In this document: positions 16,899 through 24,673 of the stretch, piece by piece
Layout: each line of letters opens with the position of its first letter
Position numbering within the stretch: the first letter of the stretch is position 1
Assembly: GCA_044349985.1 (NCBI GenBank)
Contig: JBILIM010000001.1
Location: 1 to 24,673 of the forward strand
Direction of reading: 5' to 3'
Length of the DNA: 24,673 bases
From: Crocinitomicaceae bacterium
GTDB lineage: Bacteria > Bacteroidota > Bacteroidia > Flavobacteriales_D > Crocinitomicaceae
Notes under the pieces: generated by a model
What the model was told of the DNA's origin: nothing
Database searches by the model: none
The model's input: the letters and a program-made list of their open reading frames with translations, nothing else
Made by a program: the position numbers and the translations under genes

Positions 16899-16960
16899 TG
16901 CGTAGTAAGTTAACTTTTTAGCTTTCAACAAACTTCCAAGTAGTAAGGGAAGTAAATTAA

Positions 16961-17119
16961 TATAAATTCAATGATTTTTTAATTCTGATAAAATCAGCTA
17001 TCAATAAAGGAAAGATTTAGAACTGTTAAACTCTTATTCAAACTAGAAAATGAAAACTGCCTCCCAAAGCAGTGTATCTATCCCTTATGTCAAAAAACTA
17101 AAAAATCATTGATTTTATA
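16961..17119. repeat. 21-bp inverted repeat (one mismatch) flanking 117 nt
   Basis: TATAAAtTCAATGATTTTTTA (16961-16981) versus TAAAAAATCATTGAtTTTATA (17099-17119). Confidence 0.7.
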
Positions 17120-17212
17120 AGTTGAATTTAAAATCTTTTTTCGGAATGAAAACATGAAATGAACATTGAATAGTATCTATCGAATAAAAGGGCTGTATTG
17201 TTTAGTTTTCAT

Positions 17213-17956
17213 TTATAGGTTTTCCAAAATACTAAAGAATAACTCTCTTTTGGCTGGTGACAGAGGTACTTCAGAACCGTCTTTCATAACCACACAGCCG
17301 CCGTTTCCTTTATCATATCGGTCAATATAGTTGAGGTTAATCAGATGCGATTGTTGAACACGCAAAAAGCTGTGCGAACCAAGAAGAACTTCATAATCTT
17401 TTAGTGTTTTAGAAACTAAAATACGTTTCCCGCCGACTAAATAGAAAGAAGTGTAATTTCTATCGGCTTCACAGCGAATGATATCTTCTAACTCAACGAC
17501 ATGAACACTTTCTTGGGTTTTTAATACCAATCTCCGTTTTTGATTCGGCTGAATGTTGTGTTGAAGGGTATCAAAAAGGCGATCATCTTTTTTATCGTTA
17601 ATGGCTTTGATAGCTTTTTCTACAGCAGACTTTAATTCAGAAGGGTCTATGGGTTTCAACAAGTAATCCAATGCGCTGAATTTGATTGCTTTAATGGCAA
17701 ATTCTTCATGAGCGGTAATAAAAACCACTTCAAAATTTTTATATTCAGTGGATCTCAGTACATCAAAACCGGTACCATCAGGCATTTGGATGTCTAGGAA
17801 AACGATATCTGGATGGATTTCTTCTATGGCGTCAATACCGGATTGGACATTTTCGCCAATTGGATACGTTTCGAGGTCAAAACCAAATGAATCAATCATT
17901 TTAGCAATTAATTCTCTGGTTCTTTTTTCATCATCTATGATCAGTGCCTTTTTCAT
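17213..17956 (-). CDS. LytTR-family response regulator
   Basis: Receiver ALIIDDE...FLDIQMPDGTGFD...FITAHEEFAIKA...LDYLLKP; LytTR IIRCEADRNYT...FLRVQQSHLINL. The ATG at 17956 is preferred, 4 nt after the kinase stop. Confidence 0.93.
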   Translation of the reverse strand: MKKALIIDDEKRTRELIAKMIDSFGFDLETYPIGENVQSGIDAIEEIHPDIVFLDIQMPDGTGFDVLRSTEYKNFEVVFITAHEEFAIKAIKFSALDYLLKPIDPSELKSAVEKAIKAINDKKDDRLFDTLQHNIQPNQKRRLVLKTQESVHVVELEDIIRCEADRNYTSFYLVGGKRILVSKTLKDYEVLLGSHSFLRVQQSHLINLNYIDRYDKGNGGCVVMKDGSEVPLSPAKRELFFSILENL

Positions 17957-17960
17957 AGTT

Positions 17961-20180
17961 TTAGAGATTAGGTTTTTCCTCACGAAGAGGTAACAATATT
18001 AATACTTTTGTTCCAGTTTCCAAAGTTTTATTAAAATCCTGAATATCAAGGGATCCCGAGGTCTTGTATTTTTTATTGATATTATCAATTCGCTCTCTTG
18101 TAATTTGCATCGCCATGCTTTTGTGTGCCTTGCTTTTTTTATTTGACATCGATCCTTTTCTGCCGATACCATTATCTTCAATATGAATGGAAAGCATATC
18201 GTTTACCTTATTAAAAGAAACACTTATAAAACCACCTTCTATTGTGTGCAGTTGTCCATGCTCGATGGCGTTTTCAATGAAAGGCTGCGTAATCATTGGA
18301 GGTATGACCGTGAAATCTTTATTAATGGTTTCGTCAATTTTAATATAAAATTCAAAGCGCTCTTCGAATCGAAGCTTTTGCATTGCTAAATATTTCTCGA
18401 GTATTTCAATTTCGGTTTCAAGAGGTATGAATTCCTTTGATGAATTTTCGAGTATCAGTCGCATTAATCGTGAGAAATTAACTAAGAATTTTGATGAATT
18501 AACGGTGTCATTTTCATAAATGTAACTTTGAATTACGGACATGGCATTAAAAACAAAATGTGGATTCATCTGCGCTCGAAGCAAAGTTTGCGACATTTCA
18601 GCTTCTTTTCGTTGTTGTTTGATTTTTACTTGATTCCACCGGTAAAACCCTATAATAACGCCGAGTCCAGCAATGATAATCAATGCTACAATCACATAAA
18701 ACATGAGGTTGTTTCTTAATTGACTGTTTTCAAGTTTCGTTGCTGTAAGTGTTTTTTCTTGTTGTTGCTTGTAAATCGAATCGGATTGAGAGGAGATAAG
18801 ACGTTCTCTTTGATCTGATCGGTAAGCCTCACTCAACTCTGCAATTTTTCGAGCACTTTGAATGGTTGTATTGCCATCCATATAGTCCAGATATAGCTGT
18901 AAATAGTATAATGATTTCTGCGTATTTCCAAGCGATTTATGAACTTCAGAAATCACCCGATAGGTTTTATATATTTCGTTTTTAGATCCATATTTCTCTC
19001 GAATTTGAATGGATTTTTCCAAATAATTTAACGCGTTTTTATATTTACCCTGTTTTTGAAATACAGTGCCTACGTTGTGATAAACACCGGCAATTTTTTC
19101 TTTATTATTCGTGCTTTCAAAATAAACAAGTGCTTGATTAAAATTGGATGCAGCTTCAATGAATTTTTTCTGTTCGCGGTTAATTATCCCCAGATTATTA
19201 TAAGATTCTCCTAAGCCATTAATGTCGTTTAATTTTTCTAAAATAAAAATGGATTGTTCGGTCGTTTTTAAGGCCTTTTGGTATTCTTTTCTATCAAAAT
19301 AAACAAGTCCTAAATTGGTTAAAGCAAGTGCCCATTGACGGTCATCTTGAATTATTTTAGCGTAATCAATGGCTTGTTTAAAGTAGTATTCCGCATCATC
19401 GAGATTTAATATGGTTCGTTGAGCTATTCCAATCTCACGATTGAATTTGGAGAGTTGATATAGATTATTGGTTTCAGCTGCTATTTGTAATGCATTTATG
19501 TTCTTTGCAACACTTAATTCAATCTGACCGAAATAATCAAAAATTTTAGCTTGAATGTTTAGACAATAGGCTTTAATTTCTTTTGAAGAGGACCTTCGTG
19601 CGTAAGAAAGTGCTTTATCAGTGTAAAATTCAGCGGAATCCTTTTGGTTTTCGTACATATATTGCAAAGCCATATAAACATAAGTCTCTGCTATCAAGTT
19701 ATTCTGCCGTGATTTTGTAGCTAATTTTTCTGCTTGTTGAAAATACTGCCTCGAATTAAAAAAATCCAATTTCAATAAATAGTAATTCCCAATATAATTA
19801 TTTAATGAAATCAGAAACGATTCATCTCGAATACTTTTAATCAAAGGAAGTGCGTTTTCAATGTCTTTGAAAAAGGCCTCTTGATTACCTAACACTTCAC
19901 TGATTTCTGCATGAAACAACAAGGCCTTTGCGTAACCTAAAGTGTTGCTATTATTGCCGTTTTTTAGAACTAATGCAGCTAAAGAATCGGCTTTTTTTAC
20001 TTGGGTATTTTTGTAATAGTTACCTAATGCGATTTGTGCATCCAAAATATTAGATAGTCCCTTTGCATTTTTCACTGCTAATTTTAGTTCTTTTTCAATA
20101 CTTGTTTGACCAAAAGTATTTTCAGCAAATGCCAAGAACAAAAATAAAAAGGGGATGGAAAGCTTTAATTTTGAATTCAT
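17961..20180 (-). CDS. TPR-repeat sensor histidine kinase, LytS/YehU (His_kinase PF06580-type)
   Basis: Signal peptide from the ATG at 20180; multiple TPRs (ALALTNLGLVYF, GESYNNLGIINR, AGVYHNVGTVFQ); one TM segment; LLRAQMNPHFVFN; QPFIENAIEHG; IEDNGIGR. Confidence 0.92.
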   Translation of the reverse strand: MNSKLKLSIPFLFLFLAFAENTFGQTSIEKELKLAVKNAKGLSNILDAQIALGNYYKNTQVKKADSLAALVLKNGNNSNTLGYAKALLFHAEISEVLGNQEAFFKDIENALPLIKSIRDESFLISLNNYIGNYYLLKLDFFNSRQYFQQAEKLATKSRQNNLIAETYVYMALQYMYENQKDSAEFYTDKALSYARRSSSKEIKAYCLNIQAKIFDYFGQIELSVAKNINALQIAAETNNLYQLSKFNREIGIAQRTILNLDDAEYYFKQAIDYAKIIQDDRQWALALTNLGLVYFDRKEYQKALKTTEQSIFILEKLNDINGLGESYNNLGIINREQKKFIEAASNFNQALVYFESTNNKEKIAGVYHNVGTVFQKQGKYKNALNYLEKSIQIREKYGSKNEIYKTYRVISEVHKSLGNTQKSLYYLQLYLDYMDGNTTIQSARKIAELSEAYRSDQRERLISSQSDSIYKQQQEKTLTATKLENSQLRNNLMFYVIVALIIIAGLGVIIGFYRWNQVKIKQQRKEAEMSQTLLRAQMNPHFVFNAMSVIQSYIYENDTVNSSKFLVNFSRLMRLILENSSKEFIPLETEIEILEKYLAMQKLRFEERFEFYIKIDETINKDFTVIPPMITQPFIENAIEHGQLHTIEGGFISVSFNKVNDMLSIHIEDNGIGRKGSMSNKKSKAHKSMAMQITRERIDNINKKYKTSGSLDIQDFNKTLETGTKVLILLPLREEKPNL

Positions 20181-20251
20181 CTGATTAGCTAAAAATACGA
20201 TTTTAACCGAAACAATTAAAATATTCAACTGATTATTCGAGGCGCATTGGT

Positions 20252-20259
20252 TATCTTTG
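20252..20259 (+). promoter_or_regulatory. -7 element (TATCTTTG) upstream of leuS
   Basis: Exact TAnnTTTG 28 nt before the ATG; -33 element not canonical. Confidence 0.5.
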
Positions 20260-20287
20260 AAGTGATCAGTTTTGACCTAGTTTTATA

Positions 20288-23062
20288 ATGGAATATAATT
20301 TTAAAGAAATAGAACTTTATTGGAGATCCTTTTGGGCAGAAAACAATACCTATAAAGTTACTGAAGATTCGACTAAAGATAAGTTTTACGCTCTTGATAT
20401 GTTTCCTTATCCATCGGGAGCAGGGCTGCATGTCGGACATCCGCTTGGATATATAGCCTCAGACATTTATTCCAGGTACAAAAGACTTTTAGGGTTTAAT
20501 GTTTTGCATCCAATGGGATATGACTCCTTTGGTCTTCCTGCAGAACAATATGCCATTCAAACCGGCCAGCACCCTGCGGTAACCACTGAAGAGAATATTA
20601 AAAGGTATCGAGAACAATTGGATAAAATTGGGTTTTCTTTTGATTGGAGCAGAGAAGTGAGGACTTCATCACCCGATTACTATAAGTGGACGCAATGGAT
20701 TTTTAAGGAGCTCTACAACAGTTATTACGATACGCAATTTGATAGGGCCAAAGGAGTAGATGAATTGTGCGCCATTTTTGAAAAGGAGGGTAATTCAAAC
20801 GTTTTTGCGGTAACAGATTATTCTGAAATTTTCACAGCAGAGGCTTGGAATGGTTTTGACAAAAAACAAAAAGAAGCGGTTCTACAAAATTATCGTTTGG
20901 CATATCTTGCTGACAGTTGGGTCAATTGGTGTCCTGCTTTGGGCACTGTACTTGCAAATGATGAGGTGGTTAACGGCGTGTCTGAACGCGGAGGGCACCC
21001 GGTAGAGCAAAAATTAATGCGTCAATGGTCAATGCGCATAAAAGCGTATGCCGAAAGGTTATTAACAGGGCTCGATACTATCGATTGGTCTGAATCAATT
21101 AAAGAACAACAGCGCAACTGGATCGGTAAATCGACTGGGGCATCCGTGTTTTTTAGTTTGAAAAATTCTGAAGATAAAATCGAAGTTTTTACAACACGTC
21201 CGGATACAATTTTCGGTGTAACCTTCGTCGTGATCGCACCTGAACACCCGCTTGTAGAAAAATTAACAACGAGCGAATTTGCTGAACAAGTAGCAGCATA
21301 TAAAAAAGCAAGCAGCCTAAAGTCTGAAAGAGATCGCCAAGCCGATGTGAAAAATATAACAGGACAGTTCACAGGTGCTTATGTTGAGCATCCTTTTACA
21401 CTTGAGCCCGTACCGGTATGGATCGGTGATTATGTCCTAGCGAGTTATGGCACAGGCGCTGTAATGGCGGTTCCATGTGGAGACCAGCGTGATCATGATT
21501 TTGCAAAACACTTCGACATAGAAATCAGAAACATCTTCGAAGCTATTGATGTGAATGAAAAAGCTTGTGTCGACAAAGAAGTTACTATTTCGAATTCCGA
21601 CTTTTTAAGTGGTTTAAAAGCTAAGGATGCGATTGTTAAGGCCATTTCGGAAATCGAAAAAAGAGGTTTGGGAAAAGGTAAAACAAATTATCGTTTGCGT
21701 GATGCTGTTTTCTCCAGACAAAGGTATTGGGGCGAGCCATTTCCTGTTTATTATGAAAATGAGGTGCCTCAATTATTTGCCGATGCCGAGCTACCTGTAA
21801 CTTTACCAAAAGTTGATAAATACCTACCTACTGAAGATGGCGAGCCGCCATTGGCACGCGCAAAGAAGGAAGATTGGGATCAGTACAGGGGCGATCATAT
21901 GGAATATAACACGATGCCTGGCTGGGCTGGTAGTTCGTGGTATTTTTTAAGGTATATGGATCCTCAAAACCAGCAAACTTTTGCTTCCAGAACAAAAATT
22001 GAATATTGGGGACAAGTTGATTTATATATCGGGGGATCTGAACACGCAACAGGGCATTTGCTTTATTCGAGATTCTGGACTAAGTTTTTATTTGATAAAG
22101 GATATCTTCCTTTTGAAGAACCGTTTAAAAAACTAATCAACCAGGGAATGATTCTCGGAAGAAGTAGTTTTGTTTACCGAATTAAAAATACCAATCAATT
22201 TGTTTCTTACCATCAAAGAAGTGCCTATGACACAACGTCGCTTCATGTCGATATATCATTGGTTGACAATGATAAGTTGGATATCGAAGCGTTTAAAAAA
22301 TGGCGTTCTGAATTTTCGGATGCAACATTTATAACAGAAACTGACGGAACATATGTTTGCGGTTATGAGGTGGAAAAAATGTCCAAATCAAAATACAATG
22401 TGCAAACGCCAGATGAATTAATTGAAAAGTTTGGTGCTGATACTTTGCGCATGTATGAAATGTTTCTTGGTCCAATTGAACAAAGTAAACCTTGGGATAC
22501 AAAGGGTATAAATGGCGTTCATAATTTTTTACGCCGGTTTTGGAGGTTGTTTTTTAATAATTCTGGCGAGTTAATTCTAAACGATGAGCAAGCGACAAAG
22601 GCGGCGATGAAGTCACTACACAAAACCATAAAAAAAATGACGGATGATTTAGAGCGGTTTTCATTCAATACATGCGTCTCGAATTTAATGATTTGTGTAA
22701 ATGAATTGACTGATGAAAATTGCCATTCCCGATCAGTTTTGGAACCTTTGACTATACTATTGGCACCATTTGCTCCGCATTTATCAGAAGAATTGTGGTC
22801 CCGACTTGGTCACCAAAAAGGATCCGTAAGCGATGCTGTTTTTCCTAAGTTTGATGCGAAGTATTTGCAGGAAGAAAGCTTTGCATATCCGGTTTCTTTT
22901 AACGGTAAGATGCGCTTAAAAGTAGAATTGCCAATGGGCTTATCCATTTCCGAAATTGAGCAAATGATTGTGGATAATCAGGATGTTCAGAAGTGGATGG
23001 AGGGAAAGGCGCCTAAAAAGATGATTGTTGTTCCAGGAAAAATTGTGAATATCGTACTTTGA
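20288..23062 (+). CDS. leuS: Leucine--tRNA ligase
   Basis: MFPYPSGAGLHVGH (HIGH), editing domain FTTRPDT...GTGAVMAVP, RQRYWG, KMSKS. Confidence 0.98.
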   Translation: MEYNFKEIELYWRSFWAENNTYKVTEDSTKDKFYALDMFPYPSGAGLHVGHPLGYIASDIYSRYKRLLGFNVLHPMGYDSFGLPAEQYAIQTGQHPAVTTEENIKRYREQLDKIGFSFDWSREVRTSSPDYYKWTQWIFKELYNSYYDTQFDRAKGVDELCAIFEKEGNSNVFAVTDYSEIFTAEAWNGFDKKQKEAVLQNYRLAYLADSWVNWCPALGTVLANDEVVNGVSERGGHPVEQKLMRQWSMRIKAYAERLLTGLDTIDWSESIKEQQRNWIGKSTGASVFFSLKNSEDKIEVFTTRPDTIFGVTFVVIAPEHPLVEKLTTSEFAEQVAAYKKASSLKSERDRQADVKNITGQFTGAYVEHPFTLEPVPVWIGDYVLASYGTGAVMAVPCGDQRDHDFAKHFDIEIRNIFEAIDVNEKACVDKEVTISNSDFLSGLKAKDAIVKAISEIEKRGLGKGKTNYRLRDAVFSRQRYWGEPFPVYYENEVPQLFADAELPVTLPKVDKYLPTEDGEPPLARAKKEDWDQYRGDHMEYNTMPGWAGSSWYFLRYMDPQNQQTFASRTKIEYWGQVDLYIGGSEHATGHLLYSRFWTKFLFDKGYLPFEEPFKKLINQGMILGRSSFVYRIKNTNQFVSYHQRSAYDTTSLHVDISLVDNDKLDIEAFKKWRSEFSDATFITETDGTYVCGYEVEKMSKSKYNVQTPDELIEKFGADTLRMYEMFLGPIEQSKPWDTKGINGVHNFLRRFWRLFFNNSGELILNDEQATKAAMKSLHKTIKKMTDDLERFSFNTCVSNLMICVNELTDENCHSRSVLEPLTILLAPFAPHLSEELWSRLGHQKGSVSDAVFPKFDAKYLQEESFAYPVSFNGKMRLKVELPMGLSISEIEQMIVDNQDVQKWMEGKAPKKMIVVPGKIVNIVL

Positions 23063-23069
23063 TATTTAA

Positions 23070-24101
23070 TCAATCCATCTCCCCGCAGATTGAAGAAGTT
23101 AATTTTTCAATTCGTTCGGATTTCTCTTTAGTATAAGCCAGTATATGCATAAGTTTGGAAATGGCTGCTTCTGTCGTCATATTACCTCCACTAATTACAC
23201 CTGCTTTATTAAAATAAGTGCTGGTTTCATATTTACCTTGATGCACGCTACCTGAGCCACATTGGGTAATATTGAGAATAATTCCACCTTGTTTCAGGTA
23301 GTCTTCAATCAAAGTTCTAAACGTTGGATCGCTTGGAGCGTTACCTGAACCATAGGTTTCGATGATTACCGCTTCAGTGAACCTTATATCGAAAACATTT
23401 TTATATGCATCAAAGGGAATACCTGGAAATAATTTCATTAAACCAACCCTGGAGTTTAATTGTGGAAAATAGTGTAAGTCGGTTAATGATGTTCTGAAAA
23501 GTTTGTCCTTACGATACTCAATTGAAACTCCTGCAACGGCCAATTCTGAAAAATTTGGTGAAGCAAAAGCCTCAAACTGATTGGCAGATATTTTAGAACT
23601 TCTGTTTCCCCTGTATAATGAATATTCAAAATATACTGCAACTTCTTGAACAATTGCTTCTCCTGAAGTATCTTTATCGGCGGCAATTTCAATGGCAGTA
23701 ATGAGATTTTCCTTGCCATCTGTTCGAATGGTTCCGATTGGAAGTTGGGAACCCGTAAGAATAACAGGTTTTCGTAAACCTTGAAGCATAAAACTTAAAG
23801 CTGAGGCTGCGTAAGCCATTGTATCAGAACCATGTAGAACAACAAATCCATCAGTATTATCGTAGTTATCCCTGACCATTTGAGCGATTTGTACCCAATG
23901 ATTTGGTGTCATTTCAGAGGAGTCAATAGGTTGTTCAAAGCTGATACTTTCTAGACGAACATTAAGTCTATTGAGCTCTGGCACATGTTCGTAAATGTGC
24001 TTAAAGTTGAAGCTTTTCAGCTCTCCTGTTGCGGGATCTTTAATCATACCAATGGTTCCACCTGTATAAATGATTAAAACAGAAGGCTTTTTAATTTTCA
24101 T
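23070..24101 (-). CDS. ansA: Type I (cytoplasmic) L-asparaginase
   Basis: IYTGGTIGM, HGSDTMAY, ILTGSQLP, RGNRSSK, TYGSGN, TQC, MTTEAA..KL. Confidence 0.93.
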   Translation of the reverse strand: MKIKKPSVLIIYTGGTIGMIKDPATGELKSFNFKHIYEHVPELNRLNVRLESISFEQPIDSSEMTPNHWVQIAQMVRDNYDNTDGFVVLHGSDTMAYAASALSFMLQGLRKPVILTGSQLPIGTIRTDGKENLITAIEIAADKDTSGEAIVQEVAVYFEYSLYRGNRSSKISANQFEAFASPNFSELAVAGVSIEYRKDKLFRTSLTDLHYFPQLNSRVGLMKLFPGIPFDAYKNVFDIRFTEAVIIETYGSGNAPSDPTFRTLIEDYLKQGGIILNITQCGSGSVHQGKYETSTYFNKAGVISGGNMTTEAAISKLMHILAYTKEKSERIEKLTSSICGEMD

Positions 24102-24672
24102 ACACGTTCAATTTAAAAAGTTCTATTGCATTTTGGCTCGTTACATTATCCACTTCATCCCGGGTGATCCCTTTGAGTTCGGCTATTTTATCTGCTACAT
24201 GTATTAAAAAAGAACTCTCATTTCGTTTTCCTCGGTATGGCACAGGGGGTAAATAGGGTGAATCGGTTTCTAAAACTAATAAATCCAAAGGTAAATCCCT
24301 TACTACTTCAGCAATATGAGCATTCTTGTAGGTGAGCACACCTCCGATTCCCAATTTAAATCCGCCATAAGATCTAATTTTCTTTGCTTCATTCATGGAA
24401 CCTGTAAAACAATGAAATACACCCGTAAGATTATCATCGTTGATATCATCTAGAATTTTAAAAATGTTTTCAAATGCTTTACGCGCGTGAATGGCTATAG
24501 GCAATTGTAATTCTTTTGCCCATTCAACTTGGGTTTTGAAAACAAGTTCTTGTTCTTTGACAAAGCTATCATCCCAATACAAATCCATTCCAATTTCGCC
24601 GACAGCAATAAATTTTTGAGAAAAAAGTTCTTTTCGGATACATTCCAAATCGCTTTCCCAATTTTCACCAAC
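24091..24672 (-). CDS. tatD: TatD-family nuclease/hydrolase, 5'-partial
   Basis: The frame is open to the window edge (VGENWESDLECIRK...). Motifs AVGEIGMD, IHAR, GVFHCF, LETDSPYL. Overlaps the ansA start by 11 nt. Confidence 0.92.
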   Translation of the reverse strand, partial: VGENWESDLECIRKELFSQKFIAVGEIGMDLYWDDSFVKEQELVFKTQVEWAKELQLPIAIHARKAFENIFKILDDINDDNLTGVFHCFTGSMNEAKKIRSYGGFKLGIGGVLTYKNAHIAEVVRDLPLDLLVLETDSPYLPPVPYRGKRNESSFLIHVADKIAELKGITRDEVDNVTSQNAIELFKLNVYEN

Positions 24673-24673
24673 A

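Noticed and set aside
17070-17101. AAAAAACTAA resembles the preQ1-I riboswitch tail
   Set aside because: No upstream P1 stem and no downstream gene on the plus strand.
963-22049. Alternative-frame and antisense ORFs in the track (e.g. 963-1175, 5752-6024, 7571-7843, 14257-14640, 21022-21372)
   Set aside because: They lie within well-supported genes and show no recognisable motifs; treated as shadow ORFs.
23820-23834. HGSDT instead of HGTDT in the asparaginase
   Set aside because: The catalytic Thr residues (GGT and DT) are intact. I recall this variant as common in Flavobacteriales, so it is not a sign of inactivation.
1-24673. CRISPR array, IS/integrase, prophage, tRNA/rRNA, defence system
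   Set aside because: By eye I found no regularly spaced nucleotide repeats, no transposase/integrase/phage ORFs and no tRNA or rRNA signatures.

Overview
AT-rich chromosomal window from a Bacteroidota genome, probably a Flavobacteriales-like organism (inference). The phylum call rests on T9SS C-terminal sorting domains, TTTG-N19-21-TAnnTTTG promoters and AT-rich leaders without obvious Shine-Dalgarno motifs. Most of it is housekeeping: mce, HAD phosphatase, YceI, cyclase, recA, bcp, M1 aminopeptidase, biotin carrier, a TPR-kinase/LytTR pair, leuS, ansA, tatD, plus four T9SS cargo genes. I saw no mobile element, CRISPR array, tRNA or rRNA. The most interesting part is 12.3-17.2 kb. First, a TlpA / DUF6029-like beta-barrel / Omp28 lipoprotein operon faces a divergent T9SS cargo gene, and each of the four mature proteins carries exactly one free Cys pair, suggesting an envelope-spanning thiol system. 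Second, a ~600-nt intergenic region holds a GC-elevated structured RNA (best guess 6S RNA) with an appended hairpin, a bidirectional terminator and a 21-bp inverted repeat. A perfect palindrome in the recA promoter region is also a candidate operator. All family assignments come from motif recognition by eye; no database search was run.
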